From Spirochaetia bacterium (GTDB lineage Bacteria > Spirochaetota > Spirochaetia > SZUA-6 > Bin103): a stretch of 64,000 bases of DNA. The stretch spans positions 1,184,001 to 1,248,000 of the forward strand of contig OZ241863.1 in NCBI GenBank assembly GCA_965203055.1, written 5' to 3'. Both the position numbers and the translations under genes were made by a program. How positions within the stretch are numbered: the first letter of the stretch is position 1; each line of letters opens with the position of its first letter. The notes beneath the pieces were generated by a model. That model had not been told where the DNA came from. It made no database searches and was given only the letters and a program-made list of their open reading frames with translations. Of the stretch, positions 38,742-48,476 are shown in pieces.

Positions 38742-39818
38742 CTACTCCATGATGAGGACGCTGCGCGCCACCTCGCCCCGGGCGATTGCCTCGAACGAGT
38801 CGTTGACCTGGTCGAGCGGCAGCCGCCGGCTGACCAGTTCGTCGAGCATCAGCTTGCCGGCGCGGTAGAGCGACAGGATGCGCAGAAAGTCGACATGCGC
38901 CCGGGCGCTGCCGTAGAAGGAGCCGATTACCGTGCGCTCGAAGAACAGATCGCGCGCGTCGAGCTGCACCGGCGTGTTCAACGGGGCATGGCCCACCCAT
39001 ACGGTCATCCCGCGCCGCCGGGTGCAGCGCACGCTCTGCAGGAACGGGTCGGAGGCGACGCCGATCGCTTCGAAGGCGTAGTGCACGCCGGCGCCGCCGG
39101 TCAGCTTGAGAATCGCCTCCACCGGGTCGTCGCACGACGCGTTGACGGTGTGGGTAGCGCCGAAGCGGCGGCCCAATTCCAGCTTGTTGTCCCGCAGGTC
39201 GACGGCGATGATCGCGGCGGCGCCGGCCACGCGGGCGCCCTGGATGCAGTTCAGCCCCACGCCGCCGCAGCCGAACACGGCGACCGTGCTGCCGGCGCGC
39301 ACGCGCGCCGTATTGACCGCGGCGCCAAAGCCGGTCATCACGCCGCAGCCGATCAGCGCCGCCTGGGCGAACGGAATCTCCTTGGGCATCACCACCGCGG
39401 CCACTTCCGGCACGATGGTGTGGGTGGCAAAGGTGCCGGTGTCGGTGAAGCGGTGCAGCGGCTGGCCGCCAACGCTGCCGCGCTGGCCGGTCGACGGCGG
39501 CGCGGCGCACAGGTTGGGGTGGCCGTACTGGCACATCTCGCAGACGCCGCAATTGGCGCGCCACGCCAGGATGACGTGGTCGCCGGGCTTGACCGAGGTG
39601 ACGTTGGCGCCGACCTCCTCCACCACGCCGGCGCCTTCGTGGCCGAGCACCAGGGGCAGCGGATAGTCGCCCCAGTCGCCCTTGAGCGCGTGCCAGTCGG
39701 AATGACACACGCCGCTCGCCTTGATGCCGACCAGCACCTCGCCGGCGCGCGGCGCGCCAAGATCGATCTCTTCGATGGTCAGGTCACGGTTGAACCCGTG
39801 CATGATGGCTGCTTTCAT
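38742..39818 (-). CDS. Zn-dependent alcohol dehydrogenase (class III-like MDR)
   Basis: 'GVCHSD', 'GHEGAG', 'CGVCEMC...C', 'GCGVMTG', 'GCGGVG'. Confidence 0.92.
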   Translation of the reverse strand: MKAAIMHGFNRDLTIEEIDLGAPRAGEVLVGIKASGVCHSDWHALKGDWGDYPLPLVLGHEGAGVVEEVGANVTSVKPGDHVILAWRANCGVCEMCQYGHPNLCAAPPSTGQRGSVGGQPLHRFTDTGTFATHTIVPEVAAVVMPKEIPFAQAALIGCGVMTGFGAAVNTARVRAGSTVAVFGCGGVGLNCIQGARVAGAAAIIAVDLRDNKLELGRRFGATHTVNASCDDPVEAILKLTGGAGVHYAFEAIGVASDPFLQSVRCTRRRGMTVWVGHAPLNTPVQLDARDLFFERTVIGSFYGSARAHVDFLRILSLYRAGKLMLDELVSRRLPLDQVNDSFEAIARGEVARSVLIME

Positions 39819-39856
39819 CGCTCCTCCCGCGCCGCAGCATGGCACATATGGGCGAT

Positions 39857-41533
39857 CTACGCGCGGAGCGCGGGGGCGGCCGCTGGGGCAGGCGCGGGCG
39901 CGGTCATTGGCTCCAGCCGGCAGCCGTCGACGAATACCTCGAAGAAGTCGGGCGCGGTCTCCAGTTCGACGTGCTCGATTTCGGCGGCCAGCCGCTCCAG
40001 GGCGCGCCGCTTGCGCTGCGACAGCAGCACCTCCCGGCAGCCGCGCAGCGCCGCATTGCCCAGCTTGACGATGCGGCGCTCGTCCACCGGCGGCAGGAAG
40101 CCAATGGCGATGGCGCTGTTCACGTCGACGTAGTTGGCGAAGCCGCCCGCCAGGTAGAGGCGGTCCACCTCCTGCGGCGCCACGCCCAGCTCGCGGGTGA
40201 CGATGAGCTGGCCGCAGTAGTTGGCGGCCTTGGCCTGCGCCAGGTTGCTGCCGTCCCGGCGCGAAAAGGTGATGCCGTACTCCGGCACCACGGCGATCTC
40301 CCGGGCGCGGCGGTCGTGGGTAAAGACGCCCTTGGCGGTCATCTTGCCGTGCCGGCGCAGCTCGGCGAGCAGGTCGATCAACCCCGATCCGCAGATGCCG
40401 GCCGGCGCGGCGCCGCCGATCGTGCGGTAGCAAAAGCCGTCGTCACGCCAGCGCAGCCGCTCGATGGCGCCCTCGTAGGCGGGCATGCCGTAGCCGACCA
40501 GGCCGCCCTCGAACGCCGGTCCGGCGGGGCAAGAGGCGGCGATCATGCGCCCGCCGCGGCGCGCCACCACCTCGGTGTTGGTGCCCACGTCCACCAGCAT
40601 CACCAGCCCGCTCTGGCCGGCCATGTCCATCGCCACCAGGTCGGCCGCGGTGTCCCCGCCGACGTGACTGGCAATCAGCGGCAGGCCGTAGACGCGCGCC
40701 TGCGGATGGATGAGCAGGCCCAGCGGCCGCGGCCGGCTGCTGAGCGCCGTAGTATCCCGTTCACCGGCGCGGAACTGGTTCTCGATCCGAGACTTGTAGG
40801 GTTTCTGGCCAAGCCCCTGCACGTCCACCCCGAACAGCAGGTCGCGCATCGTGGAATTGCCGGCGATGGCGACCTCGTAGATCTGGCGCCGCCTGGTGCC
40901 CAGCTCGCGCCCCAGGTCGAGAATCGCGCTGTTGAGCGCGCTGACGATCGCCGCCTGCAGCTCGCCGCGGAACTCACCGCCGTCGTAGGAGACCCGGTTC
41001 ATGACGTCGCTGCCGGCGAACGACTGCGGGTTGCCGAACGAGCTGACCTGCAGCGCCGCGCCGGTCTCCAGGTCGATCAGCTCCATGGCCACGGTGGTGG
41101 TGCCCACGTCGACGGCCAGACCCAGCAGGCGCCCGTGGTAGCGGTCGATGGGTTCGCCGTCCAGGTAGACGCCGTCGCCGCGGCGCGTCACCGCGGGGTC
41201 GAGCTGCGCCGCGCCCTCCCCATCGGGGGCCGCGGATACCCCGGCGACCAGCACCCGCGGCTGGCGCCGCAGCGGCGCGAAGCGCACCTCGGCGGCCGGG
41301 TCCTCCACCACCGCCTGACAGGCCAGACGGTACGGGTCGTTCAGAAACCGCTCGGCCTCGGTGCGCGCGCTCAGCGCCGCCCCGCCGGCGTCGATCCGCA
41401 CCACGCACTCGTGACAGGTGCCGGCGCGGCCGCAGGAAGTCGCCACCCGCACCGCCAGCTCGTCGGCATAGTCGAACACGGTCTTGCCGCGCTGCAACTC
41501 GCGCACCTCGCCGTCATGGGAAATGGTGCCCAT
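39857..41533 (-). CDS. ASKHA-domain reductive activator of corrinoid protein (RACo/RamA-like) with N-terminal 2Fe-2S domain
   Basis: 'SCGRAGTCHEC...RLACQ', 'AVDVGTTT', 'DVGTNTEV', 'PAGPAFEG', 'GICGSG', 'LAGGFAN'. Confidence 0.9.
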   Translation of the reverse strand: MGTISHDGEVRELQRGKTVFDYADELAVRVATSCGRAGTCHECVVRIDAGGAALSARTEAERFLNDPYRLACQAVVEDPAAEVRFAPLRRQPRVLVAGVSAAPDGEGAAQLDPAVTRRGDGVYLDGEPIDRYHGRLLGLAVDVGTTTVAMELIDLETGAALQVSSFGNPQSFAGSDVMNRVSYDGGEFRGELQAAIVSALNSAILDLGRELGTRRRQIYEVAIAGNSTMRDLLFGVDVQGLGQKPYKSRIENQFRAGERDTTALSSRPRPLGLLIHPQARVYGLPLIASHVGGDTAADLVAMDMAGQSGLVMLVDVGTNTEVVARRGGRMIAASCPAGPAFEGGLVGYGMPAYEGAIERLRWRDDGFCYRTIGGAAPAGICGSGLIDLLAELRRHGKMTAKGVFTHDRRAREIAVVPEYGITFSRRDGSNLAQAKAANYCGQLIVTRELGVAPQEVDRLYLAGGFANYVDVNSAIAIGFLPPVDERRIVKLGNAALRGCREVLLSQRKRRALERLAAEIEHVELETAPDFFEVFVDGCRLEPMTAPAPAPAAAPALRA

Positions 41534-41548
41534 TCGCGCGGGTGAGGG

Positions 41549-41845
41549 TTACGATTGCGCGTTGCCGGAAGCCGCGGCGGCGCTCTCCCACGCGCTGCGG
41601 TAGTCCAGCTTGTCGTCGCCGCCGCAGGTCTGCAGGCTGCCGCCGCGCCGCGCCGGGCGCTGGTTGCGGCAGCCGAACTTGGCGGTGCACTCGTCGTGGC
41701 GATTCTTGTAGGGACAGCGGAAGGTGGCCTGGACCATGGCGTGATCGGCCATGGCGGACAGGATGGCGCTCAGCCGCTCGCGCCGCCGTTCCCAGGCCGC
41801 GGCGTCCACCTGCCCCGCGCGCCGCCGCGCCTCGGGATCAGTCAT
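41549..41845 (-). CDS. Small four-cysteine hypothetical protein
   Basis: 'RCPYKNRHDECTAKFGCRNQ...TCGGDDKLDY'; overlaps the corrinoid gene stop. Confidence 0.7.
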   Translation of the reverse strand: MTDPEARRRAGQVDAAAWERRRERLSAILSAMADHAMVQATFRCPYKNRHDECTAKFGCRNQRPARRGGSLQTCGGDDKLDYRSAWESAAAASGNAQS

Positions 41846-42593
41846 CCCGGTTCTCGGTCAACAGCCGCTTGGCCAGTTCCACGCACGCCACCGCGTCCTT
41901 GCCGTAGCCGTCGGCTCCCATGTCGTCCGCGAACTCCTGGGTCACCGGCGCGCCGCCCACCATGATCTGCACGTCGTCGCGCAGGTCGGCGTCGATGAAC
42001 GCTTCGATGGTGCGCCCCATGTTGGGCATGGTGGTGGTGAGCAGCGCGGACATGCCCATCAACTCCGCCTCGTGCTCCTCGACCGCGTCGAGAAACTCCT
42101 CCGGCGCCGTATCCACCCCCAGGTCGATCACCTCGAAGCCGGCGCCGCGCAGCATCATGATGCACAGGTTCTTGCCTATGTCGTGCAGGTCGCCCTTCAC
42201 CGTGCCCATGATCACCTTGGCGATCGACTCGATGCCGGACGCCGACAGGATCGGTTCGATATGCGCCATTCCCGCCTTCATCGCCCGCGCGCAGGACAGC
42301 ACCTCGGGCACGAAGATGATGTTCTCCCGGAACTTGATGCCGACGATGCCCATGGCGGAGATCAGGCCGTCATCCATTATCTCGGTGGCTTCGACGCCGC
42401 GCTCCAGTTGCGCGCGCGTCATCTCGTCCACCAGGCCGTCCTCGCCTTCGATCAGGCCGGCCGCGATTTCCTGCAGCTCGGGGCGCACCGGCGCGAAGAT
42501 GTCGATCATCCGCTGGCGCTCGTCCGGGCGCTCCACGAATTGTTCGATCTCTTCGCGGATGAAGTCGTTGCTTACGTCGCTCAACTCTGCCAT
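41838..42593 (-). CDS. Corrinoid (cobalamin-binding) methyl-carrier protein
   Basis: Cap domain 'FVPEV', B12 motif 'GDLHDIGKN', 'MSALLTTT', 'MVGGAPV'. Confidence 0.93.
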   Translation of the reverse strand: MAELSDVSNDFIREEIEQFVERPDERQRMIDIFAPVRPELQEIAAGLIEGEDGLVDEMTRAQLERGVEATEIMDDGLISAMGIVGIKFRENIIFVPEVLSCARAMKAGMAHIEPILSASGIESIAKVIMGTVKGDLHDIGKNLCIMMLRGAGFEVIDLGVDTAPEEFLDAVEEHEAELMGMSALLTTTMPNMGRTIEAFIDADLRDDVQIMVGGAPVTQEFADDMGADGYGKDAVACVELAKRLLTENRDD

Positions 42594-42601
42594 TTCGGGG
42601 T

Positions 42602-43651
42602 CTATCCGTCCTGATTGCCGTCGCCGGCGGGGTGGTCGCGGTGCCAGGCGCGCACCGCGCCCGGAATCTCGCGCAGGTTGTCCAGCGGCGTCTGCAGCGG
42701 GATGGCGCATTCCGGTCCGATCAGCGGCACGCCCGAATCCAGGTTGGCGAATACTTCGGCGCGCACCTCCTCGGGGCCGCGGGCGAACAGGGTCTCGGGG
42801 TTGTTGAGGTTGCCGATCAGCGCGATCCGGTCGCCCGCCAGTTCCATTGCGGCGCGCGGATCATTCTTGGAGTCGTAGTGAAAGGCGGCGAACCCGGTCT
42901 CCGCAATCGCCGGCAGCCGGTCCAGGGTCTTGCCGCAGATGTGCAGGATCAGCGGCGCCGGCAGCCGCTCGGCGAACTCCTGATGCAGATCGCGCAGGAA
43001 GCGGCGGTACCACTCGCCGCTCACCAGGTCGCCGGTGGCGTGGTCGGGAAGGGTCAGGATGTCGGCGCCCGCTTCGATCTGCGCCAGACCGAAGTCGATG
43101 GTGGCCTGCTTGAGGCGGTCGAGGATCAGCTTGGTCTTGCCGGGATCGTCGAGCGACAGCAGCAGGAACATCTCCACGCCGAAGCAGTGGTAGGCGAGCG
43201 ACCACGGCCCCATGGTCTTGCCGATGACCGCCACTTCGTCGCCGTACTCGCGCTTGAGGCGACTGATCGCGTCCAGCACGCAGGCGGTGTCGGGGTGGGT
43301 GAGGAAGTCGCGGGGAATGAGGATGTCGTCGGCGTCCTGCCAGATCGGTTCGCGCATCTTCACGGTCGGCCAGTTGTCCTTCTGCTCCCACTGGATCTTG
43401 CAGCCCAGGGCGGCGGATTCCTGGATGATGGTGAACACCGGCATGATGGAATCGAACCCCAGCTCGGTATAGCCGGTGGCCGCCAGGCGCGCCATCAGTT
43501 CGCCGTTGCGATTGGCGGTGGGGAACGTGGCGTCCACCATGTCCATCAGTTCCACGGTAGCCACCGAGGTGGGATTGCAGACCGGGGTGCGGTCCACCGG
43601 CTCCCCGGCAAGGGCGGCCAGCACGCGCTGGCGGCCGGTCATCTGCTTCAT
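42602..43651 (-). CDS. MtaA/CmuA-family methyltransferase (URO-D fold)
   Basis: 'RQRVLAAL...DRTPV', Zn ligands 'LHICG' and 'GPECAIP', 'IGNLN'. Confidence 0.88.
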   Translation of the reverse strand: MKQMTGRQRVLAALAGEPVDRTPVCNPTSVATVELMDMVDATFPTANRNGELMARLAATGYTELGFDSIMPVFTIIQESAALGCKIQWEQKDNWPTVKMREPIWQDADDILIPRDFLTHPDTACVLDAISRLKREYGDEVAVIGKTMGPWSLAYHCFGVEMFLLLSLDDPGKTKLILDRLKQATIDFGLAQIEAGADILTLPDHATGDLVSGEWYRRFLRDLHQEFAERLPAPLILHICGKTLDRLPAIAETGFAAFHYDSKNDPRAAMELAGDRIALIGNLNNPETLFARGPEEVRAEVFANLDSGVPLIGPECAIPLQTPLDNLREIPGAVRAWHRDHPAGDGNQDG

Positions 43652-43672
43652 GCGAACTCTCCTCGTTCTGAG

Positions 43673-44320
43673 TCAGCGCTGCTGGCTGGGCGCGGCCAGC
43701 ACGCCGCGCGCCGCCGCCATTTCCTGCGCGCGCAACACGCCGCGCGCGTTCAACGCCAGTTTCAGCAGCATCGCCACCAGCCGGTCGTGACCGATGCCGC
43801 AGGCGAAGCGCACCGTATCGCCGGCGCGGGGTACCTGCTCCATGCCCGCCAGCTTCGCCAGACCGGCGGCCAACGTGGCGACCCGGCGCGCCACCTTGGG
43901 GCCGCCGTCGCCGCCGACGGCCACCGCCCGGTAGTACCCGCCGGCCTCGGCGAGGACCCGGATGGTGGCGGCGGTCTTCTTGTCATGGATCTCCATCGGG
44001 CGCGGCGCCGGCGGCTGCTCCGGATCCAGCTTGCAGGCCTCGACGAAGGCGCGCCGGGCGGCCAGCTCGTGCGCCGCGCCGCAGGCGAAGCGCACCCGCA
44101 ACGGCGACTCCGGGGCCGCCTCCATGCCGGCCACCTCCTGCATTGCCGCGACTATGCCCGCCAGCCGGTCGCGGGCGCCGTGCCGCGTGCTGTAGCTGTG
44201 GACGTCGTAGGCCGGGCGCCCGTCCGCGCCCGCGGCGCGGTGCAGCGCTACGGTGATGTCGTGAAAGTGAGGATCCATCGCCACCAGCTCGATGCGGCGG
44301 CCCAGATCGGTCCGTATCAC
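43673..44320 (-). CDS. Hypothetical protein heading the corrinoid operon
   Basis: GGAGAG RBS, host-like codon usage, two 'RFACG..H' motifs. Confidence 0.7.
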   Translation of the reverse strand: MIRTDLGRRIELVAMDPHFHDITVALHRAAGADGRPAYDVHSYSTRHGARDRLAGIVAAMQEVAGMEAAPESPLRVRFACGAAHELAARRAFVEACKLDPEQPPAPRPMEIHDKKTAATIRVLAEAGGYYRAVAVGGDGGPKVARRVATLAAGLAKLAGMEQVPRAGDTVRFACGIGHDRLVAMLLKLALNARGVLRAQEMAAARGVLAAPSQQR

Positions 44321-44445
44321 GGTGTCGCTCTCCTTGCGCCGCCGGTGCCCGGATGGGGCGGATTGGTTCGCTCTCAGGGTAGCCGGCAGCGTTGTTTCAC
44401 AGCTTACGTGATCGGCCCCCGTTTGCCTATCGGGATTGTCGCCGA

Positions 44446-45204
44446 CTAATCGGAGTCGCTGCCGCGCTCCCGGCGCAACAAGGCTTCCAGTTCGGCCACC
44501 CGTGCTTCCGCGGCTGCGCGGGCTGCCGCTTCCTGCCGGCGGGCTGCCGCCTCCTGCGCGAGGCGCAGCTCCGCGGCTTGCCGCCCCTGCCGTTCGCGCT
44601 CCCGCGCGGCGTCGGTTTCGTCGAGGTCCGGCAGCTCCTGCCCGCTCTGCGGATCGTAGAAGCGCAGCCCGCGATCCGTCAGCCGCAACTCCAGCCCCAG
44701 CGCCGCGCTCGCCAGCGCCAGCGTGCCGTCCGCCAACTCCCTGCCCGGCAGCCGCCGATACTCCCCCGCAACCAACTCCAGGCCCTGCAGCGGCGGCTCC
44801 AGATAGTCGCCCGTCGGGTCGTATTGCCAGTACTCCGGCACGCCCAGCGTCTGGTACACCGCGCGCTTCTTCCCCTGGTCCTCGCGGTACGTGGTCCGCG
44901 AGGTTATCTCCAGCACGAAGTCAGGGCACTTGGGCTCCATCCACAGCCGGTAGCTCGAACGATCCTCGTTGGCCGCGCCGAACACCACGAACACGTCCGG
45001 CGCCACCACCGCGCCCGGAACTCCCTCCTCGTAGTAGATCAGCAGGTTGCCGGAAACGTACACGTCGCGGCGGCGGCGAAAGTGGCGCCGCAGCCGTCCG
45101 ACGGCGTACATCAGCGGGGTGCGTTGAAAATCGCTTTCCGCCATCGGCTTGCCGTCGGACGAGGGGTAGCGCACCTTGGCGGGCGCGAGCAGCGGACTGG
45201 CCAT
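44446..45204 (-). CDS. Uma2 family endonuclease, second paralogue
   Basis: 'VAPDVFVVFG', 'PDFVLEITS', 'EYWQYDPTGDYLEPPL' shared with 10968-11774. Confidence 0.92.
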   Translation of the reverse strand: MASPLLAPAKVRYPSSDGKPMAESDFQRTPLMYAVGRLRRHFRRRRDVYVSGNLLIYYEEGVPGAVVAPDVFVVFGAANEDRSSYRLWMEPKCPDFVLEITSRTTYREDQGKKRAVYQTLGVPEYWQYDPTGDYLEPPLQGLELVAGEYRRLPGRELADGTLALASAALGLELRLTDRGLRFYDPQSGQELPDLDETDAARERERQGRQAAELRLAQEAAARRQEAAARAAAEARVAELEALLRRERGSDSD

Positions 45205-45343
45205 AGGCTATCCTCCATTCCACCGCAGCATACCACGCTTACCGGCCCGGCGGTTGCAAGCCTACCCGGAACTCGCTACACACACGTCATCAGCCGCACG
45301 AAATAATGAACATGCCTGACTTGACGCGAAACGGAACGCCACC

Positions 45344-48019
45344 ATGCTGCAACTGACGCTGCGCGACGAGTTTCGAGGCCGCCGCCTCAAGGGCACCGCC
45401 ATCGAGCTGGCGAACGCCAACCGCACGGGCGCCACGCAGATGGCGGCGGCCGACTTCCTGGAGATCACTTATCCGTCGGCGGATGCCCTGAAGGCGCTCG
45501 AAGCCACCGGCTCCGGGCAGGGCCGGCCCCTGGTGCTGATCGGCGAGCGCGGCCAGGGCAAGTCGCACCTGCTGGGGCTGCTGTTCCACGGCTTTCGCGC
45601 TCCGGACGCGACCCGCCGCTGGCTGGCGGCCTGGGCCGATCGTCTCGGCGCCCCCGAGCTGGCCGCGATGCCGTTGCGGGACGGGATGTACGTCATCAGC
45701 GAGAGCCTCCACCGCCAGCACTACAAGTTCCTCTGGGATCTGCTGTTCGACCGTCACCCGCACGGGGCGGAGGTGCGCGGCATGTGGAGGGGCCGCGGCG
45801 AACGGCAGACCGACGTGCCAAGCTACGACCTCCTGCTCGAACTGGTGACCCACACGCCCACGGCGCTGGTCCTCGACGAGTTTCAGACCTGGTACGACGG
45901 CCTGACCAACACCAGGCAGTACCCGTGGCGCAACTGGGCGTTCAACTTCGTGCAGCTCCTCTCCGAGATCGCCGCAGCGCATCCGGACCGGCTCGTACTG
46001 GTCGTGTCGGTGCGCGACGGCGGCACCGACGCCTATCAGCAAATCCAGCGGGTGGGGCCGGCCCTGGTCGACTTCAAGGGTCCGACCGCGCGGCAGGACC
46101 GGCAGAAGCTGCTCCTGCATCGCCTGTTCGGCAACCGCCTGCAGGTCGCCGAGGCGCAGATCGAGGAGCTGATCGCAGTCCACGCCGCCGAGTACCTGCG
46201 CCTGCGGCAGGCTCCGCCGGCGGAGCACGACCGGCTTCGGCGCGAGTTCGTCCGCTGCTGGCCGTTCGCCCCCCATCTCATGCAGCTCCTGGAGGATCAG
46301 GTGCTGATCGCCACCCAGGCCCAGGAGACCCGCGACCTGATCCGCATCCTCGCCGATCTGTTCAAGCGCCATGCGGACCGCCCGATCATCACTGCGGCCG
46401 ACTTCCGCCTCGACGACGAGCGGAGCGGCATCGCCGCGCTGCTCGATTCGGTGTCGAACCGGCACCACGCCGCCCTGCGCGAGAAGGCGCAGCGCAACCT
46501 GTCCGCGGTGCGCGACGCGGTCCGCAACGCGGACGCGGTGGTGCCGCACCTGGCGGAGATCGTGGGCGCGCTCTGGCTGCGGTCGCTGGCGGTCGGCAAC
46601 CTGGCCGGCGCGGAGCCGGCGACGCTGCAGATCGACGTCACCCGCGGCGAGGCGATCGATGACAACGCCTTCCAGGTCGAACTGGCCACGCTCGAGAACA
46701 ACAGCTTCAACATTCACCGCGCCGGGCCGCGGCTGGTCTTCCGCGAGGAGGAAAACCCGCAGGCGAAGCTGATCGCCAGCGCCCGCAACGACCGACTGTT
46801 CGGCGACGGAGCCGACCACGACCGCCTGGCGCGGGAGGCGCGCTACGTGATCGGCGGCCAGGAAGGGGTTGCCAAGACGTTTCGGGTCGTGGTGCTGCCG
46901 GAGCGCTGGCAGACCGCGCCGTGGGATGCGTTCGACGAACGCGAGCGCTCGCCGGCATGGGATGAGCGGCTGCCGCTGCTGGTGCTCCCGGACAGCCCCG
47001 ACGAGGCCGGCGCGGCCCTGGGACCGTGGCTCCGCGACCACCTGCAGGCGCGCCGCAACGCGGTGCGGTTCCTGCTGCCGCGCGCCGGCAGCGCCAACCT
47101 CTATCACGACCCCGACCTGCTGGTGCCGGCGCGCGCCGTGGTGCTGGCGGACCGGTGGCGGACGCAGGAGCCGGAGTATCGCGCGCTGCTCGGCCGCTAC
47201 CAGCGCGAGCTGCGGGAGGCCCTCGGCAAGCGCTTCGACCGCTTCGCCATAATCGACACCTGGAACTACCGGGAGCCGGCCTCGTGCACGTTCCACGTCG
47301 AAGCCCTCCGGGGGAAGGGCGCGATACCGGACGCAATCGACGAACAGGTGCGCGACGATCTCTTCATTCCCGAGGAGTTCGAGGCGCTGGTGCGGGCCGC
47401 GGCGAACCGCAGCGAGGCGGTGGGCAAGCTGCTGCGCGAGCTGCAGGAACCCCGCCCGGCGGGCGCGCCGTGCATTCCCTGGCTGGGCGAGACGGAGCTG
47501 AAGGAGCGGCTCATCCGCCTCTGCGCGCGGGGCGAGATCGCGCTCAACCTGCGCGGCATGGAGCACCTGCAGGCGCGCGCCGACGAGCATGAGGAAAGCG
47601 CCTGGATGCGGATGCGCGGCAAGCTCGGCACCGGGAAGCACCTCGACGAGACCTACCTGCTGCGCCCGCAGGCCGCGCCGCACGCCGGCGGCGTGTCGAA
47701 GGACGACTCCCTCAAGGAGGGAGACGAGCCGGGCTGCGACCCGCGGCCGCGCGGGACCGAAGGCGGCGGCACGACCCCGCCGGACCGGCCGGGCGCCATC
47801 TTCGGCGGCGGCGCCGAGCTGGTGGAGCACGCCGCCGATGCCACGTCCGCGCTGAACCTGCTGGGAAAGATCGAGTCGTGGGGCATCGGCGCCGGAACGC
47901 AGGTGCAGGACGTGGCGCTGAAGGTCGGCTCGTTGACCGGCGCGCAACTCGCCGCGCTGCTGCGCACCCTGCCCGACGGGATCACCTACGAGCTCCGCCT
48001 CAACCGGGAGAAGCAGTAA
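45344..48019 (+). CDS. DUF499-like / BrxC-related P-loop ATPase
   Basis: Walker A 'GERGQGKSH', Walker B 'LVLDEFQ', 'WPFAP' (YPFHP-like), 'QETRDLIRILA'; 891 aa. Confidence 0.8.
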   Translation: MLQLTLRDEFRGRRLKGTAIELANANRTGATQMAAADFLEITYPSADALKALEATGSGQGRPLVLIGERGQGKSHLLGLLFHGFRAPDATRRWLAAWADRLGAPELAAMPLRDGMYVISESLHRQHYKFLWDLLFDRHPHGAEVRGMWRGRGERQTDVPSYDLLLELVTHTPTALVLDEFQTWYDGLTNTRQYPWRNWAFNFVQLLSEIAAAHPDRLVLVVSVRDGGTDAYQQIQRVGPALVDFKGPTARQDRQKLLLHRLFGNRLQVAEAQIEELIAVHAAEYLRLRQAPPAEHDRLRREFVRCWPFAPHLMQLLEDQVLIATQAQETRDLIRILADLFKRHADRPIITAADFRLDDERSGIAALLDSVSNRHHAALREKAQRNLSAVRDAVRNADAVVPHLAEIVGALWLRSLAVGNLAGAEPATLQIDVTRGEAIDDNAFQVELATLENNSFNIHRAGPRLVFREEENPQAKLIASARNDRLFGDGADHDRLAREARYVIGGQEGVAKTFRVVVLPERWQTAPWDAFDERERSPAWDERLPLLVLPDSPDEAGAALGPWLRDHLQARRNAVRFLLPRAGSANLYHDPDLLVPARAVVLADRWRTQEPEYRALLGRYQRELREALGKRFDRFAIIDTWNYREPASCTFHVEALRGKGAIPDAIDEQVRDDLFIPEEFEALVRAAANRSEAVGKLLRELQEPRPAGAPCIPWLGETELKERLIRLCARGEIALNLRGMEHLQARADEHEESAWMRMRGKLGTGKHLDETYLLRPQAAPHAGGVSKDDSLKEGDEPGCDPRPRGTEGGGTTPPDRPGAIFGGGAELVEHAADATSALNLLGKIESWGIGAGTQVQDVALKVGSLTGAQLAALLRTLPDGITYELRLNREKQ

Positions 48020-48044
48020 GGTGCTCTGTCGTGGAGGATGACCG

Positions 48045-48476
48045 GTGAGTGACATCTACAGCGCTGCGAAACGAAGCGAGATCATGAGCCGGGTGCGCTC
48101 GACCGGAACCAAGCCGGAGATGCTCGTTCGCCGACTCGCCCATAGCCTGGGGTACCGCTTTCGCCTGCATCATGACGGCCTTCCCGGCAAGCCTGACCTC
48201 GCATTTCCCCGTCACCGCAAGGTAATCTTCGTCCATGGCTGCTTCTGGCATCAGCACGAACGATGCGCCAAGGCAACAATCCCGGCTTCCAACCACGCCT
48301 TCTGGGAGCGGAAACTGTCCGGAAACGTAGAACGGGACCGGCAAAACGTGGCGTCATTGTGTCGGAGCGGCTGGCAGACCTTGGTAATATGGGAGTGTGA
48401 GACGAGAGACCGCGACGCGCTCGCCACCCGCGTCCGTGCCTTCCTCGAATTCCCGGCATTGAGATGCGAGACGTGA
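48045..48476 (+). CDS. vsr: Very short patch repair endonuclease
   Basis: 'RSEIMSRVRSTGTKPE', 'LPGKPD', 'FVHGCFWH', 'VIWECE'. Confidence 0.95.
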   Translation: MSDIYSAAKRSEIMSRVRSTGTKPEMLVRRLAHSLGYRFRLHHDGLPGKPDLAFPRHRKVIFVHGCFWHQHERCAKATIPASNHAFWERKLSGNVERDRQNVASLCRSGWQTLVIWECETRDRDALATRVRAFLEFPALRCET

